A program made the translations under genes and the position numbers. A stretch of DNA of 64,000 nt from Ramazzottius varieornatus. Its lineage: Eukaryota > Animalia > Tardigrada. Every line of letters begins with the position of its first letter. Within the stretch, counting starts at the first letter, position 1. Location of the stretch: the NCBI GenBank assembly GCA_001949185.1, contig BDGG01000013.1, forward strand, positions 372,001-436,000. Reading direction: 5' to 3'. The notes under the pieces are model-generated. The model worked only from the letters and a program-made list of their open reading frames with translations. It did not search any database and had not been told where the DNA came from. This document shows positions 1 to 10,177 of this stretch, one piece after another.

Positions 1-897
1 AAAGTAAAGCGTAAGAATAGAGAGCAGAAAACGGAAGGGAGCAAAGAATCACGACGTAAGAGAACGTGCGTAGGAAAGTTCGAGTGAACCTAACTTGACC
101 CTTGTCAATTTTCGAATTTATTTCTGGAACTAAAGCTCAGCGAGCGAATAAAATGCCAGCGGCAAATTTTTACGGGAGAAATTGTCCCTGAATTTCTCTC
201 ACTTTTTCCTTCTTCTGAAACGTTGTTGACGAAACAATTGTTTTTTGGTTTCGAAAAGCTTTTGAATTTTAAGAAGCTATTTTTGGAGTTTGAAATATTC
301 GACCCGTAAATGTTAACCTAATAATGATATTATAATGTAAGACATATAAGTACGCAAGAGCAAGAAAAGGCCTCAGCAAAGCACCGAAGAAAGTGTGGTG
401 AAGGCGTGCAAGATTGCGGAACAAAGACAAGACAGGACAAGACAAAACCCAAATATGGCGCACAAAAAATATTCGAACTGGCGCGAATACTTCTTACCGT
501 GAACGGAATGAGAAGGGACAGGCAGAGTTGGCGTGGGTGAAGATGGTGGAATGTGAAGTCAGCTCGCTTGAAGAACTTGACAGAGGGCAGAAGTGGAGCT
601 AATCAGGACTGATTAGACAATGAAGCGAAGTGAAGATGTTTTTTGAAGATGACGTAAGGTAGGTGCACCGTACAAAACGGGGAAAATCTTGGTTGATCAG
701 GCCAGGATCCTTCCTTTTTCGCAACGGCTAAGAAGGAAACTAGAAAAAAAACAGCAGAAATCCCATATAATAAATAATAATGCTATAGATAAGCGCGCAG
801 TATTTTGATAATTGAAACCCAAAGCTTGAAGAATGCGTTTAAGAAACGCAGGATTCAATACTCCATGTCTCCCAACGGCCGAGTTCCAACTCCCAAG

Positions 898-912
898 CCG
901 GTTTCGGCACCA
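898..912 (-). promoter_or_regulatory. Primer binding site, tRNA-Phe type
   Basis: Minus strand TGGTGCCGAAACCGG, 1 nt after the LTR; 13 nt complementary to the conserved tRNA-Phe 3' end (..GGUUUCGGCACCA). Confidence 0.85.
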
Positions 913-913
913 A

Positions 914-1232
914 TGTGACGCTCCCAGCCTCGCTACAGGACGCCACAACACTCTAGGCTAGACTCCCTTCGCTAAATCTAACCTAGCTCCGGACTTTCCC
1001 TGATCCCGAGTTACCGAATAAAATTCAAAGAATGCACAACACCAGCCCGTAGTCGACGACAGAGCTGTATTACTCCAAGCTATGCAAAACGACCACACAA
1101 AAAACTACCCGACGTTCGGCCCAAGGCCTAACGCTGCCAAGCCAAGCTAACTCAATACTAAAGTAAGAAGGGCCGGACCACACCATGGGTCCGGCCAGTT
1201 AAATTAGCCTGCCACGCCCGATGCTCCTCACA
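914..1232 (-). repeat. LTR (319 bp, TG...CA), inverted copy of 8042-8360
   Basis: Reverse complement of 8042-8360 with one substitution seen (catcgggcgt vs catcgagcgt); internal 9-bp hairpin GGCCGGACC...GGTCCGGCC. Confidence 0.95.
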
Positions 1233-1406
1233 ATCATTCGAAGAGAAAACTGAACGCCGATTTCATCAATCAAGCAGTGAAATGCAGTTTTTGATTTATT
1301 GAATGGGAAAATCGAATTGCACACGTGATGCGCACACATGTGCACGTGAAGGGTTCGATGGCGAAAGGGCTCATACGCCAGATATACCTGCCGGACAATG
1401 ATGTTA

Positions 1407-1751
1407 CGAGGTAAACGGCATAATTCTGACATACCGATTTTCGCACCATAATTAGGGCAACGCGAAAAGTTTGAACGTTGTCGTCAACGCTTGATTCATC
1501 TCTCATCGTACGCCTGTTGATACAACATTAGGCTTTTTAACATTGGACAGACTCACCCAGGCCAAAATCCCAGGCCAAATTCCCGTGATCCACAACGCTT
1601 TGTTGTTCTCAAACCTATTGAAACCTCCACGAGAAAGACCAATCTACCTTACGAAGCGAGACGCAGTTCATTACGCGCAGCAGGAGCTGAGTAAAATATG
1701 CCCAAATTACGAGTGAAAAACCACAATGCCCGAATTATGTCGTTTACCTCG
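1407..1751. mobile_element. Tc1/mariner-type MITE
   Basis: TIRs CGAGGTAAACGGCATAATTC / GAATTATGTCGTTTACCTCG, TA on both sides; abuts the 3' end of the pogo transposase; a solo related end lies at about 9668-9694. Confidence 0.7.
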
Positions 1752-1753
1752 TA

Positions 1754-3046
1754 ACTTAGTCGAAGCGTCAACCTCTGACCATGCCTTCATGATCCACTTG
1801 ACCGAATGCAGAACTGTCAAGAACTTCTTGTAGTCTTCGAGGTTCCGGAAGTTCTTTCTTTTTTCTCGGCGATGCTCAGCTTTCGCGGCGCTTTCATGTG
1901 ACTGGAAAGCCTTGATGATGCCCTGATCGAGCGGCTGGATTCGGTTGGTTTGTTTCGGAGGCAAGAAAACGAGCTTCACATGTGAGAGACTAGCGACCTT
2001 ATGACCTGATGCGTTGTCTAACAAGAGTACGCTTCTGTCGTTTCATTTTCTCGTTCAGCTCTTTCAGCCAAAGAGTGAAGACAGCCTGCGTTATCCAAGC
2101 TTTCTTATTGTTGGCCCAAGTGAAGCCCGCTCTTTCAAAGTCCAGCTTCGACTTGGCAAAGACAAGCAGCTTCTTCTATCGACCAATGATGAGGGGAGGA
2201 AGCTTTCCCCCAGACGCAGAGCAGCAAAACATGACTGATATTCGTTCTGTTACCTTCTTCCCGCCTTTCATCCTTTGACCGACGTTCAGAAGAGTCTTTC
2301 GAGGCGTAAAGCGACAGTAGCTTCCAGTTTCATTGCAGTTGAAAATGTTTGCGTTCTTATAATTCTGAAGAATCTCAGATAGCTTTTCCCCAATCCACAT
2401 TTCCGCAACTTCTGGGTCGCTTTCCGCTTCTTCACCTACAAGTGAGCGATTTACTACAACCTCCTTTTAAGCTGTTGAAGTATATCGAATTTCACCTTGC
2501 AAGACTACCGACTGAAGCTGGTTTCTTTTCAAAACGTCAGAGATCCATCCTCGACTGCCTTTGAAATTTTCTATTTCGAGGTTGCCTGCTATGAGTCGTG
2601 CCTCCTCTTTCAAATCGGTGAAAGACACAGAGAATACCTTCTGGACTGCGTCTTCATGGTACTTCATTGCCGCTTCTTCAACATCATCGAACTTTCACTT
2701 TCTGGATCCAAAACTTTTACCGCGAACTTCAGCAGGCAAAGCAAGAATCCTGTCTCGCTGTTTGTTAAGAGTCGTGATGGTCGAAGTAGAGCGGATCTTC
2801 CTCCGCTTTTCCTCCAGCGTTGGTCTATCGTGTGTTCGATGGACAACACTGAATCCCACGGTCGGACCAGAAGCAGATGCCATTTTGGTCATAGCTGAGT
2901 CGAGTTCTCCGGATGGTAAGGTAGGCCGGTTGCTGAACTTCACCGGAAGTGGCTCTCGTTGTTCGCTGTCCATCCGCGAGATATACTGCATCAGACCTCC
3001 TTTCTTTCGAACGAAGTCTTTATCCGTCCTGAGATTTCCTCCCTAA
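1754..3046 (-). pseudogene. pogo/Tigger (CENP-B-like) DDE transposase, frameshifted
   Basis: FKGSRGWI..LKRNQL (CENP-B HTH), IFNCNETG, ERISVMFCCSASGGKLPPLIIG, DNASGH, VFLPP, IQPLDQGII spread across broken frames; 5' boundary approximate. Confidence 0.9.
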
Positions 3047-3622
3047 CACTTCGCTAATCGCCTGGAGAAGATGCGACAAGAACAAGTAAGATACCACTCG
3101 AACAAGAAAGGATTTTTTTCCTGTGAAGCGAACGCAACAGGTCGCTTTGGTTGCGTCAATGAACAAACAATCAAAATTCTTTGTGGCAGGCAAGAAGAAA
3201 CCTGTATGCTATTTGGCGAAGTCCTATGTTAAGTTTACGGGCTACGTCAAAAGTCTATGGGGCCCAAATGGCAGTCCCATGGAAACGGCCCTGCTGAAGT
3301 GGCGCACTTTACTTTCGGTTGGTTCGCCAAAGCCGCCTGCTCACCGTAAGTCGCATACACTGGTGCAGGCTCTGCTGGTATACCCCAATATTACTGCGCC
3401 GTTCTTCAATAAATAAGATATTTTGTTGGCGCACATGCGAAACTTCAAAATTAAATAAATTGGCAAATGCCAGGAACGAACTAAACCACAACGATAAAAC
3501 AAAAAGCAAGAAACTTCAACAAACAAAAGGAACAGAAAAGAATACCGTATACCAATGGAAAAAAACACTTGAGATCTCAAAAGAGATAATTCAAATAAGG
3601 AATTAAATTATGGAACCACCGG

Positions 3623-5226
3623 CTACAAAACAAAACCGTAACGCGAGTCCGTGGAAGGCTGACATGCTCGGACCCGCTTCGCCACTCCGACATCGGGTGC
3701 GTGGTGAAGATCAGCCGCAATAACCCAGGAGTTGGATCCGTCGACCCATTCGGCCTGGTACTGGAACATTTGGAGTTCAATGTTGAACCGTTCCCGTGTA
3801 ATACGAATGACTTCGTAGTACACGCTACAAGAAAAAAGACCGAGTCAATGGGGAAACTCACACCAGCGCCGGCTATCCGCGTGGACTTGGAACAAACGGT
3901 TGCTGATACAGTTATCGGTATGTCTCTCTACGGAACTCAGGGGCCGTCTAGCCAGGCTATTTGCAGCATGCAAGGCGAAAAAAGAACTTGCGGAGGATTT
4001 CGTCGAAGAAACTCATGCAAGGACCAGTCGTAGCCCAGTCCCCCCGCCTCCACCCTAGTTATCCACTGCTCTTCTTCCTTGGGAGCTTTCACCAAGTACA
4101 CGAAGCCTTGATCGGTATAACATCGAACCTTGAAGTTGACTCTAAGAAATACGCGAAAGAAAATTGGAGGACCGAGACTCAGACCGCCGGCCATCCAGGC
4201 CAAGTCCAGGCTTACTGTTTGTGGATGTCGGTGTCGAACTCCAACTTCGATGGAGTTGCCGGAATACCTGCAATGCACGAGCGACTCCGTCAGCTGCTTC
4301 AGGAATAATCCCATAAATAAACGAGCCACAGTTACCCATTGGGATCGATACTGACGTTCGGTCAGACCTGTGGGCTGATATCCTGTAGGACCTTGATAGC
4401 CGGCCCTGCACCATTTTCCTGCGACTGCTCGAGCGTGACTGTACAAGAAATGACAAATTCTGGCGATTCGTTCTGCTTGCTGGAGCCGGAAGATATCGCC
4501 GAGATGTCAGCTTTAAACGACAAACGGCAAGATCAAGAAAACGGCATGAGTGAATGTCACCGAAAATAGAATTCAATCAGAAAAGTGTTGATTGACTGTC
4601 ATCCATAGCCATCCAGGCGAGCTTCCGACCCACTTCAAACTTGATCCAGACTCAGCAAGTCTACCGAACAGAAAGCAGAATACAGTGTCAGGATATCTTC
4701 GGGGAAGGTGCTGATACGTTGTACAAGTAGAATAAATTCGACTTACGGATGAATTCGTGTGCGTTCAGCACGTTCGCCCGTACTTGCGCGGATAACACTG
4801 GACCCCGCGATGACACTCTCTTCTCTGCAAAGGGAACCAGATTCGTTAGTAAGACGCGTTGCTGGTAATGGCGAATCTGAGACGGGAAGGAGCGAGTCAC
4901 CGGCTAGCCAAGTGAGAACATAACTCACTGGATGTACTCAGAGGTATCGTATGCAAGGAAATCCGACGCGCTGATCTCCGGCATGGCTATCACCTATACC
5001 CCAGTAGCTTTCTCTTCCCTGCAAGGAAAAGAAAGTATGCGCTGGATAGCCGCGCTGGAATAAGGCACACCACGGATTCAGAGCAAGGTTGAAAGAAAGT
5101 AGCTTACTTGGGAATATTCTCTTGGGCTGCAACAGTGTTGCGGGTTTCGACGGTGGCGTCCTGAAACGAGTCGATGTCGCTGATGTGAAGCAACTCCATC
5201 CAGTCCGAAACAAACTTGCTCGACAT
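3623..5226 (-). pseudogene. Multi-exon antisense gene with two chromodomain-like modules, decayed
   Basis: ATG 5226; introns 5107-5019 (GTAAGC..TTGCAG) and 4928-4825 (GTGAGT..CTAAC..TTGCAG), donor 4746 GTAAGT; FVYLVK..EQW..LHEFLRRNP (4140-3991) and YEVIRI..R..QYQAEW..SW...DLHHAPD (about 3820-3690); in-frame TAG at about 4994. Confidence 0.6.
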
Positions 5227-5463
5227 TTTCGAGGTTGTTGAGGAGAGAGTTGGAACAGGAGAAGGTAAGTTGAAAACCGAAAGACCGAAGATGCGTTGAA
5301 AGGAAGAATGGCGTCAAAGTCGAGAACTGCTCCGTTCTTTTCAAAGCTTGGTGGCGCTGTGGTATCAGAGACATAGTCTTACTACGACGCTAATAACCTG
5401 AAGCGTTCGCGAAGAGCGCCCACCTTAAATTCTAAGTATTTCAACAGTAACTTCGTAAACAAT

Positions 5464-7659
5464 ATGCTGGTTGATCGGGTGCGCAGTTAGGACTTTCGGG
5501 TGCATCAGTATCCAGTCGATGCGATGGTACTGCCATGCACTGATCCATTGAGTCTTACCGTTGTGTCACTCAGATACAACGAGGATGTAAACGGCAATCA
5601 TCCCGTTTTCATCAACACTCTTTTAGATACGGGGTCGGGCATTATTATCATGACGAAGGCGGTTTTCGAACGGCTGGGTATCAAAATGCAACGTCCATTC
5701 ATTCAAGACGCGCGTGCGATCGGCGGTCTGGTTCTTATCATTGGCCACGTCGAGGTTAACGTTCGAATTTCCGGTTCTCGCTCTCGTAACAGCTCGTTCC
5801 ACGTGGTCGAAGAATTTCAGTCGAATCTGTATGAAGTGATTATGGGTGGCAGTACAATGCGCAGTCTGAGGGTTTGTATCGACACGTACGAGAAAATGAT
5901 TTACGAGAGCGGGTGCCGGGAGGGACTCTATACTGTGAACACCGTCCTTCTGTACCCTAAAGAGGTACGACAGCTCATTTTGCCGGTTGACGTTCCCTTC
6001 AAACACGTCGGCCTTGAGCTGGAGCAGGACTTGGTCGAACAGGGCGTCGCTCTTATCGATCGGGTACTCCAGGTCGCTCACCAAACGGTGATGCTCACGT
6101 TGAGTAATCCCACGGCAGACACCATTCTGCTAGACGAGGACACGAAGTTGGCTAGTCTGTATCGTGTTGATCGAGAAGATTTCCTTCATGAGCGCTACGT
6201 GCCGCGCCCTGCTGTGCCGGGCTGGTGTGCCCATGAGTTCTCGAGGGTTCTTCATCTGGACAGTCCAGACGGGCCAACTATCAATCAGTTGGGTTCGGCG
6301 TACGTGGACGGCGCAGGAATCCGCGGCCACGTAAGCTATATCTGGCCGGTCGATGACATTTTCGCTGATAAATCTTGTTCCCATCGTAAGATCTATGAAG
6401 GACCTGCAGTAATGCTGTTCACGCAAAATGTCGAAATAATCCGTGACTCGAAACGTCAGAAAGATCTCATTCTTGACGAAAACGACACTGAGATGTGTGC
6501 AGTCGCCGGTTCAAAATTAACGGACCCTGGTCTCCGATTGATAAAGGTGGTGGGCGAACCAGATATTCCAATTGCTTTTGAGGGTGTAAAAGCTTTTCCC
6601 ATCAAACCGCGAAAACGTATGGTCTCATACTCGAAAGAAAGTGAGACCGTAGTCAGTCGCATAGATCAAGCTCAGTCTCACTTGCAGTGGTTAGAAGACC
6701 GCGAAACATACCGTGATAATCGTCAGATCGACGAAAATGGAATGACTCACTGTAGGATGCGTTCCCTCATGTTCTCGCTCAGTCAACAATCCGGCATTCT
6801 TGCGGGACAGGTCGAAAATTACCCGAAGTGTGCTCTCCTTGATATGCATGGCGTCACTGGCATCGTACGCCAGTGTCGGGCCGTCAATATTTCCTTTTGG
6901 GTAGAAATGACCAAGTGTGGGGCTCAGCCGGTCTTTCAGTCGAACGACCGGAAATATACTGTTGGTCGCGATGGTTGGACCATGCAACCGTTTTCTCCAT
7001 GTTTTTGGTCTGGGTCTATGGTGAACTTAAATGGAGTTACGTCTCAGTATCATGATGGTGCGTGAGTCCCTATGAATTTGACAACCCAGATGCGTCATTA
7101 TGACGCAATGGCTCAGTACAATTATACCGCAGAACAGAGTTATGCGTTTTTCCACGGTCTGGAACCCCAAGAGATTCAGTCCATGAACCTAATGGGGGAG
7201 CTCTCTGATCTTCTTCGTGAAGAGTCTGTACAGGTTCTGGATGACGTTCTCTAGCAGGTAAAGGACGTCAATCATTTGAATCTGAATTTGGGCGTGTTCG
7301 ATGCAATCGAGTCTGCGTTATTCTTGGTGTTTTGTCTGTTTCTGGTAATAGTGGTCGTCCACGCGGGGCACCGGACTGGGTGTTTTAAGTGCTGTGGGGT
7401 TTTCTGCAAATGTTGTTGTTCTGTGTTTACTCGGGAGAAAAAACTCAATCGCCCTGCGGTAAGTACCACCGAGAACCGGTACTCGTCCTACGCCTATAAC
7501 CCGGCTTACGACGTGCTGATTCCGATGACCAACCAGCCATTTCAGTTGGACTACGTGGCGAACCAGGATGTCGTTCTGCCACTCACCGGAACCATCTACA
7601 CTGCCGGAAGTATGCCGCCCGCTGAAGCTCCTCGACGAGCTATTCTTCGCCGTTCATGA
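5464..7659 (+). pseudogene. Retroviral-type aspartic protease fused to a viral envelope-like (class III, gB/chuvirus-like) glycoprotein; three in-frame stops
   Basis: LLDTGS and VIMGG protease motifs; post-protease linker LSNPTADTILL; Cys-patterned ectodomain QCRAV..TKCGAQP..GW..PCFW..VNLNG; C-terminal TM plus Cys-rich tail; ORFs 5500, 7072 and 7276 share one frame. Confidence 0.8.
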
Positions 7660-8029
7660 GGAAAGTAACATAGGCAAGTGACTTACCTCATTACTCTCAT
7701 ATTTCCTTCATTATTTTATTGTCTTACTAATGAGATCATCAGGTCCACCTTTTATTATGCTCTTCCAGTTGTCCCACTTACAGTTCCTTTTTCCATTTCA
7801 AACCTCCGTAGCCATTTCCTCATCCGGGCAATAACATCCGCAGAGTGAGGTTTCCTGCGACTGCGGACCGTTTATCCACTTTTCGACGACAGCCCTCTGT
7901 TTTCTGTTTTTCACTGTTAGGATTAGCCCAGTATTGGTTTGGATGGAGTTTCGCGTATTTCATTTTTTTTAATTAGTCTTTTTCGTCATCATCGCCATCG
8001 TCAGGATCATGGAGACCATGATGTCGTTT

Positions 8030-8041
8030 GGGAGAGGGTAG
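8030..8041 (+). promoter_or_regulatory. Polypurine tract
   Basis: GGGAGAGGGTAG immediately 5' of the LTR TG. Confidence 0.8.
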
Positions 8042-8360
8042 TGTGAGGAGCATCGAGCGTGGCAGGCTAATTTAACTGGCCGGACCCATGGTGTGGTCCG
8101 GCCCTTCTTACTTTAGTATTGAGTTAGCTTGGCTTGGCAGCGTTAGGCCTTGGGCCGAACGTCGGGTAGTTTTTTGTGTGGTCGTTTTGCATAGCTTGGA
8201 GTAATACAGCTCTGTCGTCGACTACGGGCTGGTGTTGTGCATTCTTTGAATTTTATTCGGTAACTCGGGATCAGGGAAAGTCCGGAGCTAGGTTAGATTT
8301 AGCGAAGGGAGTCTAGCCTAGAGTGTTGTGGCGTCCTGTAGCGAGGCTGGGAGCGTCACA
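8042..8360 (+). repeat. 3' LTR (319 bp, TG...CA)
   Basis: Preceded by PPT; inverted near-identical copy at 914-1232. Confidence 0.95.
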
Positions 8361-8469
8361 AGATTGCTAGAATTTCTGGATTGTTTCAGCGATTTTTTCT
8401 TGGTTGATTGGTCGATTGACTTTCGTTGATTTCTGATGATCCCGTTCACCCGGATTGATAATTGATACG

Positions 8470-8576
8470 ACCGACTTGGTTCGGTCTTTGGTCGAAAGAT
8501 CGGGCCAAGTCGGTGGCCGGCTGACAGGCTGTCATGTCAGCTGAAAGTCCGACATGACAGTCTGACGGTCGGCCAC
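8470..8576 (+). other. Two adjacent long hairpins (20-bp and about 26-bp stems)
   Basis: Manual pairing; 6 of 7 non-Watson-Crick stem positions are G-U on the + strand. Confidence 0.7.
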
Positions 8577-10177
8577 GCGATGTTACACCACTTTCTGACA
8601 AGTCTTATGTTTGCCGTCGTAGCTGTCTAATTCTCTCGTTTAGCCCTGTCGTCCGACTAACTTTATCGGATCTAGAGCTCTTTCTGCCACCTCCTTCCGA
8701 TCTCGTTCCTTTCAGCTGGGTGTTGGCAAAATTATGGCCAGGGATCGTCTGATAGAAGAGAAATTCATCTTTCACCAAAATGTTCAACTTGGGATTTTTC
8801 TACAGACTGAATCATCAGGGCTTTTACTACAATAAACCCCATGTTTTGAAACAAATTTCCGAAGCTGCACAAGACAAATCTGCAATGCTTTGCAACCATA
8901 GCAAAACTCGAGAAGATGCAGGTGACTTTTCCAGTGCTTGTGGCTCAAACTCTAGGGCTTCTGGGAAGACGTGTGCTAAACTCCACAGAGGAAGGATTGA
9001 GGAACAACAGGCATGTTTTTGCTTCTATTCTGGTAATGACGGTATTGGAATAGCTTCGGCCTAATGTTGGAGCCTCACCGAATGTTGAAGCCGTTCAGCA
9101 ACAGCAGGGATGTTCAGCGCAGCAAGGTCTGGTAGTGGGGATCAGCTGTTCCCAGAGTATGATTCGAATGTGTTCAGATGTCTAGAAAATGCCAGGATCA
9201 ACAAGACTAGGGATGAGATTCGAGGAGATTGGGCAGAGATGCAGGAAGGTGGTCGGTTGTCGAAGCTAACGGGATCTTTCAAACAGCGATGAAGTTTCAT
9301 CATCAACAACTCCCAGAAATTTCGAAGTCCAAAATTTTCCGCGTGCATCACCAACCTAGGTACCGGCACACAGCTTGCGCTCGACCACGAATGCGCCGGT
9401 GGAGAAAAGTGTACGGTAGGTACCTGTCCGGCCCAAACGGAAGTACGGAATGCACTTCGCTCGCTACTTTGCTAGGTACTCTTTTTTTCTTGGGTGGGAA
9501 CGACAGCATGTTTTAGGTCAGTGGAATCTGTCGTAGAAAAGAGACGGTCTGTCCAATGGTGAAATGCCTAAAGTTGTGTCAACAGGCGCACAATGAGATA
9601 CCAATCAAGCGTTGGAAATGATGCTTAAACATTTCGTATTGCCCGAATTATAATGCGAAAATTTCTATGCCCGAATTATGTCCTCTACCTCGTACTGAGA
9701 ATATGGCGCATCCGTTGCAACGATTGCATACACGGATCGTATAATAAATCACGCCAAACCGCCCCGCGCTTCCTGTGGAAGCCGGAAGCGGCAGGTAACA
9801 AATTGACAACAAAGCCATTATCGAATATCCATCAGTACGTTTACCCATTACACAGTTCATGAATAAGTCTGGATCGACAGCGCTTCTAGGTTATCTGAAT
9901 CTGGTCACGCACAATAACGCCTCTTATCCCGGATTTCATGGCTAACCGTTGTGCCTTTGCCAGCAAGGTAATGACATTATCTCAGCAGGCGGCATACACA
10001 CTTCCTGTAGAAATACGAGCATTGCAAATGCCAGCAGAGCGAATAAAAGGGACGGTGTAAGGTTAATGGTTCTGATTGTGCGTTTTCCAGCACTGGAATG
10101 CTACCTCGTTAGACAATCTGAAACTGAACTTTTCCACACAGAAATTCACGCATAGATATCATGCAGCAGCTTTTAGC

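Larger units (their letters stand above)
1..1232 (-). mobile_element. 5' end of an LTR retrotransposon copy reading leftwards out of the window (5' LTR, PBS, T-rich leader)
   Basis: LTR 914-1232 is followed on the minus strand by a PBS; no gag motif recognisable in 1-897. Confidence 0.75.

Noticed and set aside
4340-4400. GYQPTGLTER (minus strand) resembling the integrase YHPQxNGxxER motif, and WLDGP (about 3940) resembling GPY/F
   Set aside because: No HHCC or D,D35E context found; the splice-site pattern supports a different reading frame; cannot be fully excluded
8780-9516. Short ORFs after the hairpins
   Set aside because: Fragmented, with no motif and no consistent frame
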